A DNA stretch of 64,000 bases from Cytophagales bacterium (GCA_965267555.1 OZ254083.1:1627985-1691984); one strand, 5' to 3'. Positions 46,981 to 56,605 are shown, numbered from the stretch's first letter. The notes: a model not told the origin generated them from the letters alone. Numbers and translations: made by a program.

Positions 46981-47940
46981 TTGAGCACATTTCTAAAATC
47001 CCTACTGATTTTTCTATTCGTTCTAAGTGCTATTCTTTATCCTCTGGACAGATTATTTTCAATTTCACTGGCCAATACGGAAACAGGGGAATTTTCTGTT
47101 TGGAACGACATCCTGAATGGGCAAATCCAGGACCCCATTCTTATTTATGGAAGTTCCAGAGCCTGGGTTCAAATAGACCCGGAAATTCTGGAAGACTCAC
47201 TTGATTTATCGGTTTATAATATGGGGATTGATGGTCATAATTTTCAGCTGCAGTATTTAAGACATAGCCTCAATTTAAAATACGCCGATACACCGCAATA
47301 CATAGTTCAAATCGTAGATCATGCTACCCTTCAAAAGAGGGCGGACTTATATAACTTAAACCAGTTTTTGCCTTATATGCTCTTCGACGAGTATTTTTAT
47401 AAATATACCCTTGACTTCCGGGGTTTTAAAAAATACGATTTTTTTATCCCATTGATTCGCTATTCCGGTAACACCAATGCAATGGCCAATATACTTTTTT
47501 CATGGTATGGAAAAGTGAATTCAAAAAAAATTCGAGAAAAAGGCTTTAAAGCAAATAAGAAATCATGGAATAAAGACTTTGATCATGCAAAAAGTAAATT
47601 TAAATCCTACAAAATAGATATAGATTCCCAGAGCATAAATCTTTTTGAAAATTTTATAATTGAGTGTCAAAATAATTCCACCAAATTGATTTTGGTTTAT
47701 CCGCCCGAATATATCGAAGGTCAATATTTTATTGAGAATAGAGCATCCTTAATCAATTTGTATAAAAATTTAGCATCAAAACACAATTTGATGTTTTTGG
47801 ACTACTCAAAGGGTGAAATCAATTATAAAAAAGACTTATTTTATAATGTCTTGCATTTAAATAAAGAAGGATCTGTACTTTTCAGCGCATTGCTTGCCAA
47901 CGATTTAAAGTCAATTATTAAGTCTCAAATTGCTATTTAA
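46981..47940 (+). CDS. SGNH-like periplasmic partner of the MBOAT (AlgJ/PatB-like)
   Basis: N-terminal TM, IYGSSRA (Ser motif), YNMGIDG, C-terminal FYNVLHLNKEG; abuts the MBOAT stop. Confidence 0.7.
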   Translation: MSTFLKSLLIFLFVLSAILYPLDRLFSISLANTETGEFSVWNDILNGQIQDPILIYGSSRAWVQIDPEILEDSLDLSVYNMGIDGHNFQLQYLRHSLNLKYADTPQYIVQIVDHATLQKRADLYNLNQFLPYMLFDEYFYKYTLDFRGFKKYDFFIPLIRYSGNTNAMANILFSWYGKVNSKKIREKGFKANKKSWNKDFDHAKSKFKSYKIDIDSQSINLFENFIIECQNNSTKLILVYPPEYIEGQYFIENRASLINLYKNLASKHNLMFLDYSKGEINYKKDLFYNVLHLNKEGSVLFSALLANDLKSIIKSQIAI

Positions 47941-47951
47941 GATAATTTTAG

Positions 47952-49235
47952 ATGTCTAATTCGAATATTGTAATAAGTGTTAAAAACATAAGTAAACGTT
48001 ATCGTTTAGGCACATATGAAAAAGCCGATACTTTTGCCGGTCAGATTAAAAATGCTATAACTTATCCATTGCGAAATCTAAAACGAATTTCCAGGCTGAG
48101 TTCATTTAAAGGAGAGGAAGACGATACCATATTCTGGGCATTAAAAGACATTAATTTTGAAGTAAAAAAAGGGGAGGTTTTGGGTATTATCGGCCATAAT
48201 GGAGCCGGAAAAAGTACACTGCTAAAAATACTCAGCCGCATCACACCTCCTAGTCAAGGTGAGATAGAAATTAAGGGCAGAGTTTCTTCCTTGCTGGAAG
48301 TGGGTACTGGATTTCACCCCGAACTCAGCGGAAGGGATAATATCTATATGAACGGGACCATTTTGGGAATGACCAAAAAGGAGATCGATTCAAAACTTAA
48401 TGAAATTATTGATTTCGCCGGCGTTCACAAACACATAGACACCCCGGTCAAATTTTATTCAAGCGGTATGAAAGTCCGATTGGGTTTTAGTGTGGCGGCC
48501 CATCTTGAACCTGAAATACTTATTATCGATGAGGTATTGGCAGTAGGTGATGCCGAATTTCAGAAGAGATGTCTGGGAAAAATGGAAGATATTTCAGGAC
48601 AGGGAAGAACAGTTCTCTTTGTAAGTCATAATATGAATGCGGTAAAATCTCTTTGTCCAAAGGCAATTTTATTAAAAAATGGAAATCTATTGAGCAGTGG
48701 GCCCTCAGATATAATTGTGGATGAGTATTTGTCAATAAATAATACAGGAACCAGCTATTTTAAATTTGAAGATGAGGGACATTTAAAAGAAGATCATATT
48801 CAAATCAACTGGATTCGGATTAAATCCAATGAGGAAGAATACCAAAACCAAATACCATTGGATCATGATATATTGGTTGAAATCGAAGTTTCATTTCTAC
48901 AAAAACCCGAATTAGATTATGGTTTTACCATACAATTTAAAAATGATAAAGGTGATATATTATTTGTAACAGGGCCTAAGAACATGGATTTCGCAAAAGA
49001 TGATGCTGGTTCTAAAATATTACAATGTCATATTCCAAGTCCATTTTTTAATGAAGGAAATTTCTCTTTGAATTTTCATGTTGTGAGAAGAGGAAATCAA
49101 AGAAAAATTGTTAAAAAATGGGAAGATATTCTATTCTACACTATTGGTCCACCAAAAGTCGATATTGGTGATTGGATGGGCAAAGCGAAAGGATGGTTAA
49201 GACCTGAACTTAAGTGGTCAATTTCTAAAAATTAA
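47952..49235 (+). CDS. wzt: ABC exporter ATPase Wzt with C-terminal carbohydrate-binding domain
   Basis: FWALKDINF, GHNGAGKST, LLEVGTGFHPELSGRDN, YSSGMKVRL, IDEVLAVGD, VSH, plus ~170-aa C-terminal extension. Confidence 0.94.
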   Translation: MSNSNIVISVKNISKRYRLGTYEKADTFAGQIKNAITYPLRNLKRISRLSSFKGEEDDTIFWALKDINFEVKKGEVLGIIGHNGAGKSTLLKILSRITPPSQGEIEIKGRVSSLLEVGTGFHPELSGRDNIYMNGTILGMTKKEIDSKLNEIIDFAGVHKHIDTPVKFYSSGMKVRLGFSVAAHLEPEILIIDEVLAVGDAEFQKRCLGKMEDISGQGRTVLFVSHNMNAVKSLCPKAILLKNGNLLSSGPSDIIVDEYLSINNTGTSYFKFEDEGHLKEDHIQINWIRIKSNEEEYQNQIPLDHDILVEIEVSFLQKPELDYGFTIQFKNDKGDILFVTGPKNMDFAKDDAGSKILQCHIPSPFFNEGNFSLNFHVVRRGNQRKIVKKWEDILFYTIGPPKVDIGDWMGKAKGWLRPELKWSISKN

Positions 49236-49259
49236 AATTCATTATAATTAAAGATTAAT

Positions 49260-50030
49260 TTGATATTAAAACCATTTAGAAAAAAATGCTCTGCATTTAT
49301 AATTGGTGCTCAAAAAGCTGGCACAACCGAATTGTTTAGCATTCTTTCCTTGCACCCTGATATAGTTCCATCAATAAACAAAGAAGTGCATTTTTTTTCA
49401 TCAGAATACAAATACGCTAATTATGGACTTCAATGGTATAAAAAACAATTTCCTTATATACCGATTTGGAGTAGTAAAATACTGATGGAAGCTACACCTT
49501 CATATATGTTCAGTCCATTGGCGATTGAAAGAATCAAAACATACAATCCAAATAGTAAGATCATTATTTTATTAAGGGATCCAGTAAAACGCGCTTTTTC
49601 AGCATGGAATATGTTTAACAAAGAATTCAGAAAAAAGGATAGAGACAAGCTATTACTTGATGAAAGATCTTTTGATAAGGCAATTCATGATGAAGTAAAT
49701 GATCCCAACAAAGAAAACAAGCGCTATTATTTATCAAAAGGTCATTATTCAGACCAATTGGAAATAGTTTTTAAATATTTCGACCCTGAAAATGTACTAA
49801 TTATTCAGAGTGAAAGATTTTGGTACAATAGGTCAAATTATTTAAACAAAATCTGCAATTTCTTAAACATTTCACCATATACATTTAAGTTGGTTGAAAC
49901 AAAACATCAAGGGAAAGGAAATTATTCTGAATCCATGTCCAAAGAAATTGAAAAAGAACTAATTGAGTATTATGCTCCATACAATCGCAAATTATTTCAA
50001 TTATTAAATACTGAATTTGATTGGTTATAA
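49260..50030 (+). CDS. PAPS-dependent sulfotransferase (Sulfotransfer_1, heparan-sulfate-ST-like)
   Basis: IIGAQKAGTT (5'-PSB loop), KEVHFF, EATPSY, LRDPVKRAFSAW (3'-PB). Confidence 0.88.
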   Translation: MILKPFRKKCSAFIIGAQKAGTTELFSILSLHPDIVPSINKEVHFFSSEYKYANYGLQWYKKQFPYIPIWSSKILMEATPSYMFSPLAIERIKTYNPNSKIIILLRDPVKRAFSAWNMFNKEFRKKDRDKLLLDERSFDKAIHDEVNDPNKENKRYYLSKGHYSDQLEIVFKYFDPENVLIIQSERFWYNRSNYLNKICNFLNISPYTFKLVETKHQGKGNYSESMSKEIEKELIEYYAPYNRKLFQLLNTEFDWL

Positions 50031-50870
50031 GTGTTTATAAATAAAATACTCGATAGAAATAAAAGAAGATCAATTAATAATTTCTTGGTCAATTTTGGGT
50101 ACTATGTAAAACCTTCCTTTTTAATTGTAGGTGCTCAAAAAGCGGGAACAACAGCATTGTTCCAATTATTAGCTCATCATTCAGGAATAAAGGCTCCTAA
50201 GACTAAAGAGATTAGCTATTTTTATGATGATTCACTGTACAATCTGCGGGGTCATTATTATTATCACATACATTTTCCCAAACCCCATCAGATAGGTATT
50301 TCTCAGCAAACGTTTGAAGCTACACCCGAATATTTATATCATCCAAAATGCGCAGAAAGAATTTATACATATCGGCCGGATATTAAAATAATAATACTGT
50401 TAAGGGAACCTGTTTCAAGAGCCTATTCGGCCTGGACTATGTATCATAATTTTTATAAATCCAAAAATCACAATCATCTTGAGGACTCCCGAAGTTTTGA
50501 GAATGCTATTAACAATGAGTTGAACAATATAGATTCAGTCAATTGGTACATGGATAAGTTTGGATATCTTAGAAGAGGGATTTACCATGATCAGGTAAAA
50601 AGGTATTTGAAAATTTTTCCAAAGGATCAACTATTAATTTTGGAAAGTGAGGAATTAAAAACAGACTCTAATAACGGCCTGCCGAAAGTTCTCGATTTTC
50701 TCTCTTTGTCGAAAGAAATAAAACTTCATACCAATAAAACTAATAAAAGAGAGTACTCCAATGAGATTGATCCTAAAACTATGGAAACCTTAATTGATTT
50801 CTATAAACCTTATAATACCGAGTTATTTGATTTGTTAAATAAGGATTATGGCTGGAATAACATATTGTAA
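50031..50870 (+). CDS. PAPS-dependent sulfotransferase, paralogue 2
   Basis: IVGAQKAGTT, KEISYF, EATPEY, LREPVSRAYSAW, RGIYHDQV; GTG start. Confidence 0.88.
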   Translation: MFINKILDRNKRRSINNFLVNFGYYVKPSFLIVGAQKAGTTALFQLLAHHSGIKAPKTKEISYFYDDSLYNLRGHYYYHIHFPKPHQIGISQQTFEATPEYLYHPKCAERIYTYRPDIKIIILLREPVSRAYSAWTMYHNFYKSKNHNHLEDSRSFENAINNELNNIDSVNWYMDKFGYLRRGIYHDQVKRYLKIFPKDQLLILESEELKTDSNNGLPKVLDFLSLSKEIKLHTNKTNKREYSNEIDPKTMETLIDFYKPYNTELFDLLNKDYGWNNIL

Positions 50871-50890
50871 AACCAAATGACCAAAATAAA

Positions 50891-51976
50891 TTGATTCCTG
50901 TTACCAAACCGTTTCTGGCTCCTCAAGAATATTATCAAAAGTACCTTGATGGAATCTGGGAAAGAAACTGGCTCACCAATCATGGTCCCTTAACATTAGA
51001 ACTCGAAGAATCCTTAAAAAATTTCCTTGATGTAGCACATCTCAAACTGGTTACCAATGGCACAATAGCCATTCAGTTTGCAATAAGAGCCCTGGATATT
51101 AAGGGTGAGATCATTACTACTCCTTTTTCCTATGTGGCTAGCACAAGCAGTATTTCCTGGGAAAACTGTGAACCCGTTTTTGTGGATATTGATCGCTCAA
51201 CTTTTAATATAGATCCTTCTGAGATTGAAAAGGCTGTTACCAAAAACACAAAAGCAATTTTGGCAACACATGTATTTGGCAACCCCTGTGATGTTCTGGA
51301 AATTGAAAGAATTGCCAATAGACATAATTTAAAGGTCATTTATGATGCGGCGCATGCCTTCAATGTCAGAATAGGAAATATAAGTGTTTTCAATTACGGA
51401 GATGTGAGTACCACCAGCTTTCATGCTACCAAGATTTTTCACATGATAGAAGGTGGAGCAGTAGTTACAAAATCCGAAGAACTGGATTATAAAATTTCCA
51501 GGATGAGAAATTTCGGACATAAGGGACCTGAGAACTTTGATGGGATAGGTATTAATGGAAAGGTTTCGGAATTTCACTCCGCTATGGGATTGCTTAACCT
51601 GAAATTCGCCGGTGAAATCCAGACTAAAAGAAAACATCAGTCAGAGTTGTATCGGAAGTATTTGAATCAAAGCAATTTGCAGTATCAGCATATTGATGAG
51701 AATGTGGATTACAACTACGCCTATTTTCCTGTTTTATTTGAGTCCGAATCACAATTAAAAAATGTGATTTCCGCACTGAATTCTTGGGATATTTTTCCGC
51801 GAAGATATTTTTATCCTTTGCTTACCGAGTTGCCTTATGTCAATAAAGTAGATCTTCCGCAGGCGGAAAGTATTAGTAGTAGGATTTTGTGTCTTCCGCT
51901 TTATCATACATTAAAAGATCAAGAAATAGAAAGAATCTCGGATATTATCTTAAATTCAATTTCCAGTATTGCCTGA
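50891..51976 (+). CDS. vioA: DegT/DnrJ sugar aminotransferase, VioA-like
   Basis: MIPVTKPFL, WLTNHGP, NGTIA, TPFSYVAS, YDAAHAF, SFHATK (PLP Lys), INGKVSEFH, RRYFYP. Confidence 0.85.
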   Translation: MIPVTKPFLAPQEYYQKYLDGIWERNWLTNHGPLTLELEESLKNFLDVAHLKLVTNGTIAIQFAIRALDIKGEIITTPFSYVASTSSISWENCEPVFVDIDRSTFNIDPSEIEKAVTKNTKAILATHVFGNPCDVLEIERIANRHNLKVIYDAAHAFNVRIGNISVFNYGDVSTTSFHATKIFHMIEGGAVVTKSEELDYKISRMRNFGHKGPENFDGIGINGKVSEFHSAMGLLNLKFAGEIQTKRKHQSELYRKYLNQSNLQYQHIDENVDYNYAYFPVLFESESQLKNVISALNSWDIFPRRYFYPLLTELPYVNKVDLPQAESISSRILCLPLYHTLKDQEIERISDIILNSISSIA

Positions 51977-52679
51977 ATTAAAGCTGGCGATAATGCAGCC
52001 CTATTTTTTTCCCTATCTAGGTTATTTTCAGCTGGTAGCCGCCAGCGATCTTTTTATTTTTTACGATGATGTCAATTTTATTAAAAGAGGCTGGATCAAC
52101 AGAAACAAGATTGGCTTGAACAATACGGATTATCTTATTACCATTCCCTGTATCAAACCGTCTCAAAACAAATTAATCATGGATACGGAAGTAAACCTGG
52201 ATCATGAAAATTTGAAAAAAACATTTCAGACCTTTCAACAAGCATACAGTAAGGCACCAAATTTTGATATTGTTAATCAAATGTTCAGCGAAGTGTTTAA
52301 CAATGTACCGGCAAATATCTCATCTATTGCAATTAAATCTGTAAAACTTGCGAGTGAATACCTTGGCCTGAATACACGCTTTAAAATTTCCTCGGAAGAA
52401 GATTATGGTAATAATGTTTTAAAAAAAGCAGATCGATTGATAGATATCTGTCATCGTGAAGGTTTTGAATCATACATTAATGCAAAAGGGGGAATTGAAT
52501 TGTATGATAAGGCCTATTTCAAAAATCACAAGGTTGATCTTAAGTTTTTAGACCCTGTATTTACCGATTATGATCGAATAAATCAGGATTTCATACCCGG
52601 ACTTTCAATTCTGGATGTAATTGCATTTTCGTCCCGGAAGGAAGCTAAGTTAATGTGTCAAAAATATAATCTCATTTAG
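51969..52679 (+). CDS. wbqC: WbqC-family protein (putative glycyl/aminoacyl transferase)
   Basis: AIMQPYFFPYLGYFQL, YDDVNFIKRGWINRN, YSKAPNF, YINAKGG, LSILD. Confidence 0.9.
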   Translation: MPELKLAIMQPYFFPYLGYFQLVAASDLFIFYDDVNFIKRGWINRNKIGLNNTDYLITIPCIKPSQNKLIMDTEVNLDHENLKKTFQTFQQAYSKAPNFDIVNQMFSEVFNNVPANISSIAIKSVKLASEYLGLNTRFKISSEEDYGNNVLKKADRLIDICHREGFESYINAKGGIELYDKAYFKNHKVDLKFLDPVFTDYDRINQDFIPGLSILDVIAFSSRKEAKLMCQKYNLI

Positions 52680-53803
52680 TGGAATTCTTATACAACAGAC
52701 ACCAGCTTAGAGAGCTTTCACAATTTATATGCAATTCCTGTTTAAAGGTGGAAAAAGGTAGCTTTGTGATTCTGGAAGGAATGGATGTTCCTCCAAATGA
52801 TCTAAAACTAGTGGCTGAGATCCTCTCCGAATATGATTTTGAGTGTATTGTTTTGAATAAATCATTAGTGCTAAACTGGATAAACAACAGAAGCCGTACA
52901 TTTAATTATCTGTCCACACAGGCGGAATTTGAATTAAGCCTGATGAAAAAAGCAAAAGCCTTTATTGGCTTACGATGCCCTCTGAATACCATTTATGAAG
53001 TGAAAGACAATGTTAGGAAACGTGTAATTGAGGATTATATACAACCCGTTCATTTTAATTTCAGGAATAAAAACCTTCAATGGCTGTATTGCAGACTGCC
53101 AACATCCGACTGGATTTCTGAGACCATTTCGGTCGATGATTATTTTAAAAGCATTCAACTTGATTTTACAAGATTTGAAGAACGAATGTCCATTTTAAAC
53201 AATCGGATTGCCAATTGCTCTATATTTCATTTCCAAGGGGCGAATACAAGTCTTAGGATTGAAAATTCTGGACAAGGAGTTGTGAACTCCGTAGGTAGAC
53301 ATAATTTGCCCGATGGCGAGGTTTTTTTTAGTCCTGAAAAAAGAGGCATTCATGGTAAGATCACGTTTAATATTCCTTCTTTTTATTGGGATAATACATT
53401 TGAAAATATTTCACTGACTTTTAAAAACGGAAAAGTTATTGAATCTGATTCTACAGTAAATTCTGAAGCGCTAAAAAGTAATATAAATTTTGATTCAGGT
53501 TCTGCCTATTGCGGAGAAGTTGCTTTTGGTTTAAATCCATTTGTACGCAAATCGATTACCGATATCCTTTATGATGAAAAAATGCATGGCAGTTTTCATA
53601 TTGCATTGGGAAATGCCTATCCTGAATCTGACAATGGTAACAGGTCGGGAGTTCATTGGGATCTGATTCAGGACATGCGAAAGGATGCAACCAAAGTGTA
53701 TTTTGATGAAGAACTAATTATGGAGAATGGCACATTTGTACCTGATGACTTGAAGTTATTGAATATTAGTGAATTAAAAGACTATATCAGTTATGAAAAA
53801 TAA
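52679..53803 (+). CDS. M29 (AmpS/AmpT-type) metallo-aminopeptidase
   Basis: NLPDGEVF, GEVAFG, LYDEKM, HIALGNAY, HWD metal/catalytic motifs; GTG start. Confidence 0.85.
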   Translation: MEFLYNRHQLRELSQFICNSCLKVEKGSFVILEGMDVPPNDLKLVAEILSEYDFECIVLNKSLVLNWINNRSRTFNYLSTQAEFELSLMKKAKAFIGLRCPLNTIYEVKDNVRKRVIEDYIQPVHFNFRNKNLQWLYCRLPTSDWISETISVDDYFKSIQLDFTRFEERMSILNNRIANCSIFHFQGANTSLRIENSGQGVVNSVGRHNLPDGEVFFSPEKRGIHGKITFNIPSFYWDNTFENISLTFKNGKVIESDSTVNSEALKSNINFDSGSAYCGEVAFGLNPFVRKSITDILYDEKMHGSFHIALGNAYPESDNGNRSGVHWDLIQDMRKDATKVYFDEELIMENGTFVPDDLKLLNISELKDYISYEK

Positions 53804-54452
53804 GGTTGTATTATTTGGAATATTGGATACTGCTGAACTGGCACATTTTTATTTAACACATGATTCTAAATATGAAGTTGTTGCTTTTACTGTAAACAAA
53901 GAATATTTAAAAGAGCAGAATTTCCGTGGTTTACCTGTAGTTGCCTTTGAAGATGTTCATATCGTTTATCCACCGGACCAGTTTTTGTTTTTTGCCCCTA
54001 TGACTGGAAGAAGAATGAATAAAAACAGAGAATCCGTATATAATGAAGCTAAATCCAAAGGATATGAATTTATTTCATATTTAAGTTCAAAAGCTACAGT
54101 TTTTCCAGAGGCAGAAATAGGTGAGAATTGTTTTATCCTTGAAGACAATACAATACAACCATTTACAAAAATTGGCAATAATGTTGTTTTATGGAGTGGT
54201 AATCATATTGGTCATCATGGAATAATAAATGATCATGTATTTTTTACCTCTCATGTTGTAATGTCAGGGCATTGTATAATTGAATCTTACTCTTTTTTCG
54301 GTGTGAATGCAACATTACGTGATTATCTTACCATAGGAAAAGGTTCGCTCATTGCAATGGGCGCTTCAGTTACAAAAAATACAGAGCCTTGGGGTGTATA
54401 TTTTGGAAGTCCGGCAAGAAAAGGTCCGAAATCGAGTATTGACACATACTAA
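53793..54452 (+). CDS. Hexapeptide-repeat sugar acyltransferase (NeuD/PglD/VioB-like)
   Basis: N-terminal Rossmann domain, IGENCFILE, IGNNVVLWSGNHIGHH, GSPAR. Confidence 0.88.
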   Translation: MKNKVVLFGILDTAELAHFYLTHDSKYEVVAFTVNKEYLKEQNFRGLPVVAFEDVHIVYPPDQFLFFAPMTGRRMNKNRESVYNEAKSKGYEFISYLSSKATVFPEAEIGENCFILEDNTIQPFTKIGNNVVLWSGNHIGHHGIINDHVFFTSHVVMSGHCIIESYSFFGVNATLRDYLTIGKGSLIAMGASVTKNTEPWGVYFGSPARKGPKSSIDTY

Positions 54453-55385
54453 ATGAAAATTAAAAAAGGACATTTCATATTTAAACCAAATGGATCAAAA
54501 GCATGGTCAATTAGTCATGCACAGGTTCCTTTTGCATTAAAGATGGATAATCATATCCGTGTATTTTTTGCAACCAGAGATTCCAAAAGCAGATCCTCTG
54601 TTACTTTTGTAGATCTTGATAAAAATAATCCTAAATCTGTTTTATATGTTCATGATAAACCTGTTTTCACTCATGGACAACCGGGCGAATTTGACGATTC
54701 AGGTGCAATGCCTTCCTGGTTCTTGAGAAACAATGGAGAAATACTTTTGTATTACACAGCCTGGAATAGAAGTGAATCAGCATCATACAGGCTTTCAATA
54801 GGAATTGCCCGAAGCGAGGATGACGGCTTAAGTTTTGAAAGAATATACAATGGTCCGCTTATGGACAGATCAAAATACGATCCAATTTGGGTCGGACAAC
54901 CTTGTGTATTAAAGTTTTCGGAAAATGACTGGCGAATGTGGTATTTGTCATGTGAAAAAATTGAATTAATTAATAACCATCCAGAACCATTTTATAATGT
55001 AAAATATGCTACCTCAGAAAATGGAATTGATTGGAATAGAAACAATGAAATTTGCATTCATTTTGATACCGCTACGGATGCAATAGGAAGACCCTGCGTT
55101 TGGAAGCATAAAGGCAAATTTTATATGCTTCATTCCAACAGGCTTGCATCGGGATATCGAACTGAAAAAGATAAAAGTTACAGAATCGAAATGTCAGAAT
55201 CGGAAGATGGCATCCGATGGAATAGGAAATCCGATTTCAATTTTAAAAAATCTGATTCGGGTTGGGATAGTATTATGAATGAGTATACGTCGATAATTCC
55301 AAAGAATGGAGATGGATATTATGTGTTTTATAATGGAAATGGGTTTGGAAATTCGGGTTTTGGTTATTTTGAACTGGAAATTTGA
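54453..55385 (+). CDS. Five-bladed beta-propeller protein (GH32/43/130-like)
   Basis: SHAQVP, FDDSG, YYTAWN, IARSEDDG, YATSENGIDW, SESEDGIRW, FYNGNGFG blade repeats. Confidence 0.7.
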   Translation: MKIKKGHFIFKPNGSKAWSISHAQVPFALKMDNHIRVFFATRDSKSRSSVTFVDLDKNNPKSVLYVHDKPVFTHGQPGEFDDSGAMPSWFLRNNGEILLYYTAWNRSESASYRLSIGIARSEDDGLSFERIYNGPLMDRSKYDPIWVGQPCVLKFSENDWRMWYLSCEKIELINNHPEPFYNVKYATSENGIDWNRNNEICIHFDTATDAIGRPCVWKHKGKFYMLHSNRLASGYRTEKDKSYRIEMSESEDGIRWNRKSDFNFKKSDSGWDSIMNEYTSIIPKNGDGYYVFYNGNGFGNSGFGYFELEI

Positions 55386-56605
55386 CTGATAATCAGCGTA
55401 TAGAACTTAATCAAAGCTGTGTTTTATGTGGCAGCACACAATTCATCAAGGTATATTCCAGATACCATGAGTTTCCATTTTGCGAGCCATTTCTTCAAAA
55501 TATTGTTGTTTGTCATGACTGTGGTTTAAGTACAGTTGAACTTAATCAGTCTTACTCGACAAAGAATTTAAACGCCTATTACAAGTCCGTTCCCAGAACA
55601 CCAATCGATATAAATACAATTGAGGAACAAGATCCAAGAGTTAAGAATGCACAAAAAAGAATTGAATTTATTCGAGAAAGCACCTTCGGCAATACCATGC
55701 TTGAAATTGGTTTTGGGGATGGCATAACTTTATTGGAAGCCAAAAAGTCTGGTTATGAAATTACTGGTATAGATATTTCTGAAGGATATGAGGAAGAATA
55801 TAAATTTCTGACTAATTGTGGAATCGATATTGTAAATGATGATTTTTATTTTGCCACATTTAAAAAGAAATTTGAGATCATCTCTGCATTTCTATTATTT
55901 GAGCACATACCTGAGCCAAATGTTTTTCTTAGAAGAATCAAAGAATTGATTTCAAATGATGGATTTCTCATAATCGAAGTGCCTAATCTGGCTAATTATC
56001 AAAACTTCCTTTCTGAAACCATGCTTACTCATGAACACATCTTTCATTATTCAAATTCAACCCTGAATTCATTGATGAACAAAAATGGATTTCAATTGGT
56101 AGAATCGCTGCCAAATGGTACCAGCTATGGTTTCAGCTTAACTAATTGTTATCAACTCAACACTGAAAAAACTGTGGTTTCTCAGAATCATGCGTGGAGA
56201 AATGAATCCTTGCTATACTTTGAGAATTATTTCAAAAGGCTAAACGAATACAAATCCAGCTTAAAAAAATATATTGAAGAATTAATAGCCGGTAAGGAGA
56301 AGATATATGTTTTTGGAGCCGGATTGTTTTTTGAAGTATTGTGGGAAGTTAGCAATGGAGAAATAGGAACAATTATTGAAGCATTTATCGATGAAACCAA
56401 AAGTAAAATTGGCAACAGGTTAAAAGGAAAACCAATTATCTCATTGACTGATTTTGACAAGGTAAAACCTTATAGAGTATTGATAGCAAGTGAAGCTTTC
56501 TCAAGTGAAATTGCTTCAAAACTAAAAAGCCATAATCTAGAAGTAATTCCATTAAAAATATATGATGATGTAGTTACAAAAATGAAAAGCCATGAAAGTG
56601 AATAA
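55382..56605 (+). CDS. Zn-binding SAM methyltransferase with C-terminal Rossmann-like domain (C-methyltransferase architecture)
   Basis: CVLC...CHDC, LEIGFGDG, FEHIPEP, IEVPN, HEHIFHY, C-terminal IYVFGAG...FIDE. Confidence 0.75.
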   Translation: MTDNQRIELNQSCVLCGSTQFIKVYSRYHEFPFCEPFLQNIVVCHDCGLSTVELNQSYSTKNLNAYYKSVPRTPIDINTIEEQDPRVKNAQKRIEFIRESTFGNTMLEIGFGDGITLLEAKKSGYEITGIDISEGYEEEYKFLTNCGIDIVNDDFYFATFKKKFEIISAFLLFEHIPEPNVFLRRIKELISNDGFLIIEVPNLANYQNFLSETMLTHEHIFHYSNSTLNSLMNKNGFQLVESLPNGTSYGFSLTNCYQLNTEKTVVSQNHAWRNESLLYFENYFKRLNEYKSSLKKYIEELIAGKEKIYVFGAGLFFEVLWEVSNGEIGTIIEAFIDETKSKIGNRLKGKPIISLTDFDKVKPYRVLIASEAFSSEIASKLKSHNLEVIPLKIYDDVVTKMKSHESE

